In this document: piece after piece, positions 1 through 11,479 of the stretch
Layout: every line of letters starts with the position of its first letter
How positions within the stretch are numbered: position 1 is the stretch's first letter
Source of the DNA: an uncultured delta proteobacterium
Lineage (GTDB): Bacteria; Desulfobacterota; Binatia; UBA9968
Reading direction: 5' to 3'
Length of the DNA stretch: 64,000 nt
NCBI GenBank assembly: GCA_963760795.1
Contig: CAVXEP010000005.1
Location: 1 to 64,000 of the forward strand
The notes under the pieces: generated by a model
What the model was told of the DNA's origin: nothing
The model's database searches: none
The model's input: the letters and a program-made list of their open reading frames with translations, nothing else
Program-made: the position numbers and the translations under genes

Positions 1-25
1 GAAAGCTAGCGAGGATTCGCATGCC

Positions 26-1288
26 ATGAAATGCAGTGATGAGTTGTTCGTTTTTAAATTTTCTCAAATAGATACGCCCGTCAAACGCCGTCCACGTTTC
101 TGGCAGGTCCTTGCGAGTGTGATTCTGTTGAGTTCACTCGGCTGTGGGAAATCCGAGCAGCCGCAGGCGCGTCCGCCAGAAGTCGAGGTGATTCAGGTCG
201 AGCAAAAGGATGTTCCCATCTGGAACGAATGGGTCGGCACGTTGGATGGGTTCGTCAACGCACAGATCAAGCCACAGGTAACCGGCTATCTACTTCGCCA
301 GACCTATCAAGAAGGCTCTTTTGTGAAAAAGGGCCAGTTGCTGTTTGAGATCGATCCGAGAACTTTTCAGGCGGCCCTGGATCAGGCCAAAGCACAGCGC
401 GCCAATGCTGAAGGGCAGCTCGCGCAGGCTGAAGCGAATCAAGTCAAAGCCCAGCTCGACGTGAATCGCTACACGCCGCTGGCCAAAGAGCAGGCAGTTA
501 GCCAGCAAGACCTCGACAACGCCGTTCAAGGGAATATCGCGGCCCAGGCGCAAGTCCGGGCGGCCAAAGCACAGATCGATGCGGCGCGCGCCCAATCGGA
601 TGCCGCCGAGTTAAATCTGAGCTTTACCAGGATCGTCTCGCTAATCGACGGCATTGTCGGCGTCGCCCAAGCACAGATTGGCGATCTCGTGGGGCCGACG
701 AGTTTGCTCACGACTGTGTCCACGCTTGACCCGATCAAGGTCTACTTTCCCGTGAGCGAACGGGGATACCTCAATTATATCAAGGAAAATCCTGACGCGG
801 CGAAACGCGCCGAACAAGAGAAACATTTGGGACTGGAAATGATTTTGGCTGACGGATCGCGTTACCCCCACGAAGGCAGCTTTTCTTTCGCCGACCGCCA
901 GGTGGATGTGAAAACCGGAACACTACGGCTGCAGGGACTGTTCCCCAATCCGGGAAATATCCTTCGCCCCGGGCAGTTCGCCCGCGTGCGGGCAATTACT
1001 ACGACAAAAAAGGGCGCCCTCCTTGTTCCCCAGCGCGCTGTGACAGAGCTGCAAGGTAGTTACCAGGTGGCGGTAGTGGGCAAAGATAACAAGATTGAGA
1101 TCAGGCCTGTCAAAGTCGCGGAGCGCATTGGTCCGCAATGGATCATTGACGCGGGGTTGAAGCCGGGCGAGGAAGTTGTCGCCGAGGGGATCCAGATGGT
1201 GAAAGCGGGCATGACGGTCAACCCTAAGCCGCTCAAAGCCATGACCGAAGCCAAATCCGCGCCCACAGCCAACTCGCAGCCGAGGTAA
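26..1288 (+). CDS. RND efflux periplasmic adaptor (MFP, AcrA-like lipoprotein)
   Basis: Lipobox SLGC, IKPQVTG, VKKGQLLFEIDP, coiled hairpin, TGTLRL and LRPGQF motifs; first gene of a tripartite operon. Confidence 0.93.
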   Translation: MKCSDELFVFKFSQIDTPVKRRPRFWQVLASVILLSSLGCGKSEQPQARPPEVEVIQVEQKDVPIWNEWVGTLDGFVNAQIKPQVTGYLLRQTYQEGSFVKKGQLLFEIDPRTFQAALDQAKAQRANAEGQLAQAEANQVKAQLDVNRYTPLAKEQAVSQQDLDNAVQGNIAAQAQVRAAKAQIDAARAQSDAAELNLSFTRIVSLIDGIVGVAQAQIGDLVGPTSLLTTVSTLDPIKVYFPVSERGYLNYIKENPDAAKRAEQEKHLGLEMILADGSRYPHEGSFSFADRQVDVKTGTLRLQGLFPNPGNILRPGQFARVRAITTTKKGALLVPQRAVTELQGSYQVAVVGKDNKIEIRPVKVAERIGPQWIIDAGLKPGEEVVAEGIQMVKAGMTVNPKPLKAMTEAKSAPTANSQPR

Positions 1289-1291
1289 AAT

Positions 1292-4200
1292 ATGGCCAAA
1301 TATTTCGTGGACCACCCGATCATTGCGATCGTCATTTCCATCCTGTTCGTGATCGTCGGCGTCGTTTCTATCGTGCGGCTGCCGATCGCTCAATATCCCG
1401 AGCTCGCGCCGCCGGAAATCCTTTTGCAGGCGACCTACGTCGGCGCCGATGCCGAAACCGTCGAGCAGTCGGTGGCAACGCCGATCGAGCAGCAAATGCA
1501 GGGCGTCGACAACATGATCTACATGACTTCCGTCAACGCCAGTAGCGGGCTGATGCGACTGAGGGTCAACTTCGACGTCGGCACAGACGCAAACACCGAC
1601 CAAATCCTCACACAGATGCGTTACCTTCAGGCCGAATCGCAGCTCCCGCTTGACGTCCGCAACCAGGGTGTCACGATTCGCAAGTCGCCCACGAGCCCTC
1701 TGGCGCTGTTCTCCCTCTACTCGCCCAAGGGAACTTATGACGCAACGTTTCTCGCCAATTACGCGTACATCAACATCAACGATCCGATGAGCCGCGTGCC
1801 CGGCATTGGGCAGGTAACTATCTTCGGCGCCGGCCAGTACGCAATGCGTTTCTGGGTGCGACCGGACACGCTCGCGAGCCTCGGCATCACGGTCAGCGAC
1901 ATTGCCGCGGCCCTCACGAACCAAAACAAGGTGAACCCGTCGGGCCAAATCGGCGCGGAGCCTGTACCGCGCGGGCAGCAGTTCACCTATACGGTTCGGG
2001 CGCAGGGCCGTCTCTTGACCGCCGAGGAATTTGGCGACGTGGTGGTGCGCGCCAATCCCGACGGCTCGATCGTGCGGATGAAGGATGTGGCTCGCGTGGA
2101 GCTCGGCGCGCAGAGCTACAACCAGATCGGACGCCTTAACGGCAATCCTTCGGCGATCATCGCCGTCTACCAGCTACCCGGCTCCAACGCCATCGACACG
2201 ATGAACAGCGCGAAGCAGTTGATGGACGAATTGAAAACGCGGTTTCCTGAGGACCTCGACTACACTGTCTCACTCGATACGACTCTCGCGGTTTCCGAGG
2301 GGATCAAAGAGATCGTCCAGACGCTCGTCGAGGCGCTGATCCTGGTGGTCCTCGTGGTGTTTATCTTCCTGCAGAACTGGCGCGCCACTCTGATTCCTCT
2401 CCTCGCAGTACCGGTTTCGCTGGTTGGCACTTTCGCTGTTTTCCCCTTGCTCGGTTTCTCGATCAATACTCTGTCATTGTTCGGTCTGGTCCTGGCCATC
2501 GGGCTCGTGGTCGACGATGCGATTGTCGTCGTCGAGGCCGTCGAGCAACACATCGAGACAAGGGCTTTCGCCGCGCGATGCGACTCTTAAAGCCATGGAA
2601 GAAGTTTCCGGACCAGTGGTCGCGATCGCGCTGGTTCTCGCTGCCGTATTTTTACCGGCCGCATTCGTTGGCGGCATCACGGGGCGACTCAATAATCAGT
2701 TCGCCGTCACCATTGCGATCTCGACTCTGATCTCGGCGTTCAACGCCCTGACGCTTTCACCGGCGCTCGCGGCGCTTCTGCTGAAGCCGGGAAAGCAATC
2801 GCGCGGGCTGCTCGGCTGGTTCTTCGATCGTTTTAACTCGGGATTTGGCAAAGTCATGCACGTCTATCTCGTCGGCAGCGACGTGCTGCTCCACAAGGTA
2901 GCATTTTCGGTTTTGTTGCTGGTTGTGGTCGCTCTTGCCGCGGGCTTTTTTGGTTCGCGCCTCCCCACCGGATTGCTGCCGGAAGAAGATCAGGGATACT
3001 TTTTCCTCAACGTGCAACTGCCGACGGCGGCATCATTACAGCGGACGGACGATGTCGCCAAAAAAATCGAAGCGATTCTGAAAGACACTCCGGGCGTTCA
3101 GACGTACAATACCGTTGTCGGCTTCAGCCTTTTGAGCTTCGTAAATACCACCTACAACGCATTTTATTTTGTCACGCTCAAGCCGTGGGGTGAGCGCGGC
3201 TCAGGATTGACCGCGGACGCCATCCTGCGGAATCTGAACCAGCGGCTCGCGACAATTCCCGACGCGCAAATATTCGGGTTTTCACCTCCGGCGATTCCCG
3301 GCATCGGCACCTCCGGCGGCGTGACATTCCTGCTCGAGGATCGGTCGGGACAGAGCGTTGAGTTCCTGGCGCAAAACACGGATCGCTTCCTTCAGGCGGC
3401 GCGCCAGCGGCCGGAGTTTGCGTCGCTGACGACAACGTTTATCCCGAGCGCGCCGCAGGTTTTCGCAGATGTCGATCGGGACAAGGTCTTGAAACAGGGG
3501 GTGGATCTGAATTCGGTCTACCAGACGCTCCAGACGTTCATGGGAGGACTCTTTGTCAACTATTTCAACCGTTTCGGGCGGGTGTGGCAGGTGTACGTGC
3601 AGGCGGAAGGAGAATTTCGGACGGAAGCGGACAACGTTGGGCTCTTCCGGGTTCGGAACAATGACGGAGACCCCGTGCCACTCTCGACGGTCGTGACGAT
3701 GAAAACGACGTCGGGTCCGGAATTTACGGTACGCTTTAATGGTTACAGGGCGGCACAAATCAATGGCAGTCTCGCGCCGGGTTACAGTTCCGGCCAGGGC
3801 AGGCAGGCGCTGGAAGAAGTATTCGCCCAAACTATGCCGCGGGAAATGGGCTTCGACTACTCGGGCATGTCATTCCAGGAGCAAGCCGCAGACAAGGGTG
3901 TGTCCGCAGCCACGATTTTTGGGTTTTCGCTGCTTTTTGTGTTTCTCATTCTTGCCGCGCTCTACGAGAGTTGGTCGCTGCCGTTCGCGATTCTTTTGAC
4001 GGTTCCGATCGCTGTGCTCGGCGCGTTCAGTGGTTTATGGCTGCGCCATTTTCCTTTCGATGCCTACTCGCAAGTCGGTCTGATTGTCCTCATCGGGCTG
4101 GCGGCGAAGAACGCGATCCTGATCGTCGAATTCGCGAAGATCGAGTTCGAGAAGGGACGAAGTCTGATCGACGCGGCGCTGGAAGGAATGAGGATACGCC

Positions 4201-4442
4201 GTCGGGCACTATTCATGACATCGCTTGCGTTCATTCTAGGATGCGTGCCGTTGTGGATCGCTTCGGGGGCGGGGAGCGTGGCGCGCCGAATACTAGGCAC
4301 CGTCGTGATCATGGGAATGGCCTTCGACACGCTCTTCGCGAGCTTACTCATTCCGGTTTCGTTCTACGCGATAGAGCGACTCGCGCGCCGCCGGCAGAGG
4401 CATGAGGCGGCAGCAGAGCAGCCGGCGCCGCAAGTGGGATGA
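1292..4442 (+). CDS. RND efflux permease (HAE1/AcrB family), split by a +1 indel near 2558
   Basis: [13 protein letters not shown] start, [20 protein letters not shown]. ORFs 1292-2590 and 2424-4442 join as ...[12 protein letters not shown] if one A is removed from atcgagacaaggg. Confidence 0.92.
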
Positions 4443-5881
4443 GGGAGGCAACGATGATTCGACAGCCGGAGATGAAAAAGCGCGCGAGCGGCGCCGCTGC
4501 ATTGATCCTGCTGCTGAGCGGCTGCATGGTGGGTCCGGATTATCGGCGGCCTGCCGTGACAACGCCGGATGCATTCCGCGGCTCTTCCGCTGTGATACCT
4601 CCCGACCAGCAATCCATTGCCGAGCTTAAATGGTTTGAAGTTTTCCAAGACGAGCAGTTACAAGAATTGATCCGCACGGCGCTGACGCAAAACTACGATC
4701 TCCGCGATGCCGTTGCGCGGGTCGACGCGGCACGCGCGAATCTTGGCATCACACAAGCGGATCAGTATCCAAACTTCGGTATCGGAGCCGATGTTCGCAG
4801 TGTCGAGCTATCACGCCAGGGACAATTTACCATCCCCAGAGAAACCAGCCGCCAGCGCACCTTCGGCTCGGTCTTCCTCAATCTTTTCACCTTCGAGCTC
4901 GACATATGGGGCCGATTGCGCCGAGCGACTGAAGCGTCGCGCGCCGATTTACTGTCTGCAGATTGGAACCGAAAAGCCGTCGTCACGACACTGATCAGCG
5001 ACGTGGCCACCGCCTATTTCAGCCTTCTCGAACTGGATTTGGAGTTGGAGATTGCAAAAAACACTTTGGCTACGCGAGCGGAGTCGCTCCGTTTGATCCG
5101 GCTTCAACTGCAAGGCGGGGTCGGAACGCTGCTGGACGCGCGACAGGGAGAGCAACTAGTTTACGGCGCCGCGGAGACGATACCGGATGCGGAACGTCAA
5201 ATCGAGCAAACCGAAAATCAAATCAGTTTTCTGCTCGGCAAAAATCCTGGTTCCATATCGCGCAGTCGTCTGTTAACAGTTCAGCAGACGCCGCCGGAAG
5301 TGCCGGCCGGCTTGCCGTCGAAGCTGTTGGAAAGACGCCCGGATATTCAAGCCGCGGAGCAAAACCTGGTTGCGGCAAACGCCATCATCGGTGTCGCGAA
5401 GGCGGCCTATTTCCCGCAGATCACGCTGACCGGTGAGTTCGGGTATCAAAGCACGGCGCTGGCGAATTTGTTCTCCGGTTCAAGACGAATATGGAGTTTT
5501 ATCCCTCAGATTACGCAGCCGATCTTCGCCGGCGGTCGTATTACCTCCGGTGTGGAACTGGCCGAAGCGCAGCAGCATAGCGCGCTGGCGCAATACGAAG
5601 GGGCCGTTCAAGCGGGATTTCGCGACGTCTCGAACGCGCTGGTTCAGTTCCAACGCATTAAAGAAATCCGCACGCAACGGGAATTGCTGGTCACCGCGCT
5701 GCAGGACCGAAAGCGCTTGGCTTACCTGCGATTTCGCGGTGGAGTGGATACGATGCTTAATGCACTCGGCTCGGATCAGGATCTGTTCGTCGCCGAGTTG
5801 AACCTGGCTCAATCCAAGCGTGACGAGTTGCTTTCGCTGGTTCAGCTCTACAAAGCTCTCGGCGGAGGATGGCAGGAATGA
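4439..5881 (+). CDS. RND outer membrane factor lipoprotein (NodT/OprM family)
   Basis: [10 protein letters not shown] lipobox, [24 protein letters not shown]; ATGA overlap with the permease stop. Confidence 0.93.
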   Translation: MREATMIRQPEMKKRASGAAALILLLSGCMVGPDYRRPAVTTPDAFRGSSAVIPPDQQSIAELKWFEVFQDEQLQELIRTALTQNYDLRDAVARVDAARANLGITQADQYPNFGIGADVRSVELSRQGQFTIPRETSRQRTFGSVFLNLFTFELDIWGRLRRATEASRADLLSADWNRKAVVTTLISDVATAYFSLLELDLELEIAKNTLATRAESLRLIRLQLQGGVGTLLDARQGEQLVYGAAETIPDAERQIEQTENQISFLLGKNPGSISRSRLLTVQQTPPEVPAGLPSKLLERRPDIQAAEQNLVAANAIIGVAKAAYFPQITLTGEFGYQSTALANLFSGSRRIWSFIPQITQPIFAGGRITSGVELAEAQQHSALAQYEGAVQAGFRDVSNALVQFQRIKEIRTQRELLVTALQDRKRLAYLRFRGGVDTMLNALGSDQDLFVAELNLAQSKRDELLSLVQLYKALGGGWQE

Positions 5882-5960
5882 GATATGTAGCAGGCGATTG
5901 CCGAATAAATGACTGCGCGATACCGCCTGAAGCAAAATCGCAGGGCGAAGGCGCGACTAT

Positions 5961-6426
5961 ATGATGACGCTACTTCTGGTATTTTTCATCGGATTCTTTG
6001 GCGGGTTGCGCGCGCTGACGGCTCCAGCAGCGACGGCGTGGGCGGTGTACTTGGGTTGGCTGAAACTCGACGGCTGGCTCGCGCTCATCGGTTCGCTCTC
6101 CGCCGTAGTAATTTTTACTGTGCTCGCAATCGTCGAGCTGGTGGCCGACAAGCTGCCGCAGACGCCGAGCCGTACGGCGCCGCCGGGCCTGATCGCGCGC
6201 ATCGTCATGGGCGGGTTGACGGGCGCGTGCATCGCCGCTGGCGGAGCGCAAGGAGTTTTTCTTGGCGCACTAGTTGGCGCGTTCGGCGGCGTTGTCGGCT
6301 GTTTCGCGGGCTACCAGGCGCGTACCCGGATCGTGCAGAGCGCTGGGCACGCGGGACATTTACGTCGCCCTGGTTGAGGATATCGTGGCGATCGCCGGCA
6401 GCCTGTGGGTGGTTTCGCGGTTCTAG
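5961..6426 (+). CDS. Small membrane protein (DUF4126-like), indel near 6340
   Basis: GLRALTAPA, ELVADKLP, PSRTAPPGLIAR. The shifted frame continues ALGTRDIYVALVEDIVAIAGSLWVVSRF* to TAG 6424-6426. Confidence 0.7.
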
Positions 6427-6555
6427 GTTTGGCGTCAATATCATCACTGCCGATGAATCAATCAGGCCTTTGAAAACGAGATCCGCGGAAACGCGGGTTT
6501 AGAATCTGAAATGTGCATGATAGTCGCGATCGACAAAATTTTTGCATAGAGATGA

Positions 6556-7537
6556 ATGGCTTCGCGGCGTCTTGCCGCAGCATTGGAGAAGATGATGACC
6601 TCAATCTCAACTTTGTCTCGCTGGCTCTATTTGGCTCTTCTGGCCGTTGTGCTGACGCTCATCAGCGTGCCTGCTTCTGCCCAGGGGACCCCGGCTCGGC
6701 TGCCTGAGGGATTCACCGAGAAGATCGCCAATGTCGATGGCGTAAAGATTAACTACAAGATCGGCGGCCGTGGCCCGGTGGTGGTCTTGCTGCATGGCTA
6801 CACTCAAACAAGCCACATGTGGATACCTCTGATGCCATTGCTCGCAGCTTCCCACACCGTGATCGCCCCGGACTTGCGCGGCGCGGGTAACTCGGAGCGC
6901 GCGAAAGACGGCTACGACAAAAAGACCCTGGCGAAAGACATTAGAACTCTCGTGCGCCAGCTCGGCCATGAACAGGTGCAACTGGTTGGACATGACATCG
7001 GCTTGATGGTGGCCTACGCATACGCCGCCCAGTACCCGAAAGAGGTCAGCAAGGTCGTCTTGATGGATGCGTTCTTGCCGGGCGTCGGTAATTGGAAGGA
7101 CGTCTGGCTGTCTGCGCGACCTCTGGCACTTTCATTTCTATGGCGATGTGCCGCTGGCGTTGGTGAAGGGGCGTGAGCGGATTTACTTCGAGCACTTCTG
7201 GAACGACTTTGCCGCCGACAAAACCAAGTCCGTGCCCGAGGCCGACCGGCGCATCTACGCCGCCGCCTACGCGCGCGCCAACGGCATGCGCGCCGGCTTC
7301 GAATACTTCAAGACTTTCGAGCAGGACGCCAAGGACTTCGCGGCATTCTCGACGACCAAGCTGGAGATGCCGTTCCTCGTGCTTACGGGTGAAAAAGCTT
7401 CGGGCATCTTCCTCATCGATCAAACCAAGCTGATTGCCACCAACGTGACCGGCACCGTGGTGAAGGGTTCGGGCCATTGGCTGATGGAGGAAGCGACCGG
7501 CCAGGTCATCCCGGCGATCGTCGCGTTCCTCAAATGA
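6556..7537 (+). CDS. Secreted alpha/beta hydrolase (epoxide hydrolase/haloalkane dehalogenase-like), indel near 7111
   Basis: Signal peptide, LLHG, PDLRGAG, GHDIG nucleophile-Asp motif, SGHWLMEE; two ORFs join at WL-LRDLWHF. Confidence 0.85.
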
Positions 7538-7792
7538 GGCGACGGTTAGTATCGATGGTATCCTATAGATATTGACTCTTTTCGACGATTTTGCCGGTCC
7601 AACTTAATGGCAATCAAATATCACGCTATCATTGTTCATCCGTTCTTTAGCCCCGGTTGTCACGTCGGTTTGAATCGATCTATTGCCTAAAATCCCGCCA
7701 GTGTTGTTTGTGAAATCGCACCGGCGCGCTAATGTTTAATTTTTGGACGGGGATTTTTCACATTTGCCCGTCCGCGGGGTTTAAAGAGACAT

Positions 7793-8311
7793 ATGGCGCG
7801 CGAGAAGTTACAAATACCGCTTCCCTTCGAGCAGATCATGCAACGCCACCAACGGGAGATCCTGCGCTATCTGCTGCGCGTGTCGGGCAACGGCGCCGAC
7901 GCCGCGGACTTGTTCCAGGAAACCTGGCTGCGCGCCTATCGCGCCTATCCGCGCCTTGAGCCGGAGAGTAAGGTCAGGCCGTGGCTGTACGCCATCGCCG
8001 TCAACCTGTGTCGTAATCAGGCACGTGACGGTGCGCGCCGAGCGCGAGTGATCGTCGCCGTCGAGGAGAAAAATCCGCCTCCGGATCGGCTCGGCAAAGC
8101 TCATCGTGGGTTTAGTGAAAATGACGGTTACGCGGTTGTGCGCATGCGCGAGCTGATTGCCGCACTGCCGCCGAAACAACGCGAAGCGCTGCAGCTGCGC
8201 TGCTTCGCCGGTCTGGACTACGCGGAGATAGCTGACGCGATGGGCTGCTCGGCACAGGGCGCGCGGGCGAATGTTTCCCAGGCGATAAGAAAAATCAAGT
8301 CGATGTGGTGA
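7793..8311 (+). CDS. ECF RNA polymerase sigma factor
   Basis: DAADLFQETWLRAY, WLYAIAVN (region 2); LPPKQREAL...YAEIADAMG (region 4). Confidence 0.92.
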   Translation: MAREKLQIPLPFEQIMQRHQREILRYLLRVSGNGADAADLFQETWLRAYRAYPRLEPESKVRPWLYAIAVNLCRNQARDGARRARVIVAVEEKNPPPDRLGKAHRGFSENDGYAVVRMRELIAALPPKQREALQLRCFAGLDYAEIADAMGCSAQGARANVSQAIRKIKSMW

Positions 8312-9120
8312 TGTTTATGAAAATCGAAAAGCTCATCGGTTCAATCGGCAGAATCCGCGAAGAGCATGGAATCGATGCATTGTTGCGTCATTCCCGCAGC
8401 CGGGTCGATCATGCGCTGAAGCATGTTCGGCGCCCGGACGCGGCGGTGGGCATCGTGAAATCACCGCTGGGTGATCTGCTCGTGGCCATGACTGGCCGCG
8501 GCATTGCGCTCAATCATTACTTGCTCGACGATGACGACCTGGCGGTTACGATTGCAAAACTTCGATGCGAACTCGATCTCGACGACGATCGACGGACGAT
8601 TAGCGAGGTCGGCGAAGAGATTCGCCGTTATCTCGCCGGCGAGGCAAAAGCGCTGCGTCAGAAAGTCGACTTGACACTGGTGGCTACTGCGTTCCAAAAG
8701 AATATTTTGCATAAGCTCCAGGAAGTCCCGCGCGGCGCTGTGGTCAGCTACCAGGCTTTGGGCGCCGCCGCCGGAGCGCCTAAAGGAGCGCGGGCCGTCG
8801 GTAACGCCATGCATAACAATCCGGTGCCGATCTATGTTCCATGCCACCGCGTGATCGCCTCGGACGGCGGGATCGGCGGCTATGGCGGCGGCATCCCGCG
8901 TAAGTTGCAACTGCTGCGCAGCGAAGGTTTTGCGCTAGTAGAGACTGCCGTGCGCCTTCCCGACAACGTCGTCTGGGGCCACAAGGGAAGCAAAATCTAT
9001 TGCCGGGTCAATTGCCGGACCGCCGCGCGCGTCGACCGGGCGCGCATCTTGTATTTCGCCGATCCTAGAGAGGCGAGACGAGCCGGCATGCGCCCGTGCA
9101 AAAGCTGTCAGCCGGATTAG
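8305..9120 (+). CDS. O6-methylguanine methyltransferase fused to a C-terminal Ada Zn-binding domain
   Basis: SPLG, ARAVG..NPVPIYVPCHRV active site; C-terminal IYCRVNC...AGMRPCKSC with all four Ada-type Cys; no AraC HTH. Confidence 0.88.
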   Translation: MVMFMKIEKLIGSIGRIREEHGIDALLRHSRSRVDHALKHVRRPDAAVGIVKSPLGDLLVAMTGRGIALNHYLLDDDDLAVTIAKLRCELDLDDDRRTISEVGEEIRRYLAGEAKALRQKVDLTLVATAFQKNILHKLQEVPRGAVVSYQALGAAAGAPKGARAVGNAMHNNPVPIYVPCHRVIASDGGIGGYGGGIPRKLQLLRSEGFALVETAVRLPDNVVWGHKGSKIYCRVNCRTAARVDRARILYFADPREARRAGMRPCKSCQPD

Positions 9121-9123
9121 AGA

Positions 9124-10176
9124 TTGACCTTGAGACGGCAACGAACAGGACGAGCGAAGCGCTCCAAAGTTGGTGACACGGACGGCAGCGAGGTCGACCT
9201 GCCGTTTAAATCACCCTACGATTGGCAGACGATCATGCGATTTTACCAGTCGCATTCGATTCCCGGCCTGGAACGAGTCACGGCAAACTCCTTCGAGCGA
9301 GTGTTTCGTATCGAAGGCAGAACCGGAATTGTTCGCATAGAAAAAATGGTCGGCGTGCCTCAGCTAAAAGTTCGCATCGCACCGGATCAGCCCGAGATAA
9401 GAGCCGATGTCATCGAGCGAGTAAGAAAAATGTTCGATTTGGACTGCGATCCCATATTGATCAGGAAAAGCTTTAGGCGAATTCCTCTGCTCGCAGCTCT
9501 TTGCCAACGCTCTCCGGGTTTGCGACTGCCGCGAGGATGGGATCCGTTCGAAACGGCAATCTGTTCGATCCTGGGCCAATTGGTTTCAGCACCGCAAAGG
9601 GCAAATCTGATCGGCCAACTCGTGCAGAATTATGGAGCGGCGATCGCGCATCCGTCGTCGGGAAAAAATATGCGCCTGTTTCCCGAAGCCGCGGTCTTGG
9701 CGCAAGCCGATCTGAACGCGGTTAGAACCACGATCGCGCGCCGGGAGGCGATACGCGACTTCAGCCGGCGCGTGCTGAGCGGCGCTATTTCTCTTTCCGA
9801 AACTCAAGATCGCGCAGCATTCCGCAAGGCGCTACTCGACACGAAAGGTCTCGGCCCCTGGTCGGCTGAATATATCAGCCTTCGGGCCATCGGTGACACG
9901 GACGCGTTTCCCAAGACGGATTTGATTCTTAAGCGCGCGCTTTTGCTTCATCCGGAGCTGGATTTGGCACTGATCAAACCCTGGCGAGCCTACGCGGCGA
10001 CTTATCTGTGGCAGGAATTCGCCCAAAGCCTGTCGAAAAGCAAAAAGGAGAATAACCTTGAAGCTACTTTACAAAGAGTTCGAATCCCCCGTCGGCAAGC
10101 TCAAGCTGGTGGCAAACTCCAACGCGTTGGTCGCGGTGCTCTGGGAACGCGACCTCCCAAACCGAGTAAAGCTTGA
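9124..10176 (+). CDS. alkA: DNA-3-methyladenine glycosylase II (AlkA N-terminal plus HhH-GPD)
   Basis: PYDW, DPFETAICSILGQLVS, KGLGPWSAEY HhH, DAFP, PWRAYAA. True stop may lie near 10055 because the ORF runs 119 bp into ogt. Confidence 0.85.
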   Translation: MTLRRQRTGRAKRSKVGDTDGSEVDLPFKSPYDWQTIMRFYQSHSIPGLERVTANSFERVFRIEGRTGIVRIEKMVGVPQLKVRIAPDQPEIRADVIERVRKMFDLDCDPILIRKSFRRIPLLAALCQRSPGLRLPRGWDPFETAICSILGQLVSAPQRANLIGQLVQNYGAAIAHPSSGKNMRLFPEAAVLAQADLNAVRTTIARREAIRDFSRRVLSGAISLSETQDRAAFRKALLDTKGLGPWSAEYISLRAIGDTDAFPKTDLILKRALLLHPELDLALIKPWRAYAATYLWQEFAQSLSKSKKENNLEATLQRVRIPRRQAQAGGKLQRVGRGALGTRPPKPSKA

Positions 10177-10549
10177 TACTGCAACGTTGGCGCCGCAGCA
10201 GCCGATCTTGCTCGAGACCGAGCGCCAGCTTACGGAATATTTCTCCGGCACAAGAACCGGCTTCGATCTTCCGCTTCAGCCCGGCGGCAGCGAGTTTCAG
10301 AAGAAGGTCTGGCGCGCCTTGAGAGAGATACCGTTCGGTCAAACCAGGAGCTATCTCGATCTGGCAAAGGCGATCGGCTCCGCCAAGGCCGCTCGCGCCG
10401 TTGGCGCCGCCAACGGCAAGAATCCTTTGTCGATCATCGTGCCCTGTCATCGGGTCGTCGGCGCGGACGGATCGCTTACCGGCTTTGCCGGGGGGATCGC
10501 GACGAAAGCCGCGCTTCTGGCTCTCGAAACCCGTTCCACTGTTGTATAA
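10058..10549 (+). CDS. ogt: Methylated-DNA-protein-cysteine methyltransferase
   Basis: SPVGKL, FQKKVW, ARAVGAANGKNPLSIIVPCHRV; AAGGAG RBS before the TTG start. Confidence 0.93.
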   Translation: MKLLYKEFESPVGKLKLVANSNALVAVLWERDLPNRVKLDTATLAPQQPILLETERQLTEYFSGTRTGFDLPLQPGGSEFQKKVWRALREIPFGQTRSYLDLAKAIGSAKAARAVGAANGKNPLSIIVPCHRVVGADGSLTGFAGGIATKAALLALETRSTVV

Positions 10550-10574
10550 ATGAATTGCGGCGAGAAATTTTCCG

Positions 10575-11291
10575 ATGAGAATGCCATCGACCATTGGCGA
10601 GCGCGATATTGATTGGGAATATTCGCTGTCCCAGCTCGATGATCGCGGCTTCGTCTTGATCTCCAGCGTGCTCGCGAAGAATATCTGCCAAGATCTAGCC
10701 GGCTATTACGCCGAGGATCATCGGTTCCGCTCGCGCATCGAGATGTCGCGCTATTCGTTCGGCCGGGGCGAGTACAAGTATTTCAATTATCCGTTGCCCG
10801 GGATCGTGCAACAGCTTAGAGCGTCTATCTATCCGCAGCTCGCGCTGCTGGCCAATCAATGGAGCGAACGGCTCGGCGGTAAAACGGTTCGCTATCCTGA
10901 AAAGCTAGCCGACTTTCTTGAGCAATGTCATCGTGCCGGCCAAGAGCGCGCAACACCCTTGCTGCTCAAATATGGCGCCGGGGACTTCAACCGTCTGCAT
11001 CAGGATTTATACGGCGAAGTCGTTTTTCCTTTTCAGGTTACTTGCTTCTTAAGTCAGCGCGGCAAAGATTTTGACGGCGGCGAATTTGTCCTTGCCGAGC
11101 AACAGCCGCGCCGGCAATCCCGCGTTGAAGTGCTCACTCCCGAGCAGGGCGATGCGGTCATCTTTTCAGTTCATCATCGACCCGTTCGCGGCGCGCGCGG
11201 CTACTATCGGGCCAACCTTCGTCACGGTGTCAGCACCGTGCGTTCCGGCGAGCGATACACCCTGGGAATTATTTTTCACGATGCAAAATGA
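10575..11291 (+). CDS. 2OG-Fe(II) oxygenase (DUF2086/Oxygenase-NA type, commonly linked to ada/alk loci)
   Basis: FGRGEYKYF, LHQDLYGE HxD motif, LRHGVS, RYTLGIIFHDA. Confidence 0.85.
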   Translation: MRMPSTIGERDIDWEYSLSQLDDRGFVLISSVLAKNICQDLAGYYAEDHRFRSRIEMSRYSFGRGEYKYFNYPLPGIVQQLRASIYPQLALLANQWSERLGGKTVRYPEKLADFLEQCHRAGQERATPLLLKYGAGDFNRLHQDLYGEVVFPFQVTCFLSQRGKDFDGGEFVLAEQQPRRQSRVEVLTPEQGDAVIFSVHHRPVRGARGYYRANLRHGVSTVRSGERYTLGIIFHDAK

Positions 11292-11479
11292 CAAGCTTGA
11301 CGGGACCACGCTGGTTGCCACCACGGCGACGGGCAGCGTAGACGACCGGAGGGGCATCGATTCCATTGAAGATTTTTCGTTCATGCTGAGGCTCTCGAAG
11401 CATTCCGAACTTTTTTCAGTAGCGTGCTAGGCATACCGTAGAAATATTGACTCTGTTCGACGAATTGGAGGTTCAATCC

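Noticed and set aside
10058-10176. 119-bp alkA/ogt overlap as dual coding
   Set aside because: A one-base change in the caaaaagg run would stop alkA at a TAA just before ogt, so another indel is likely.
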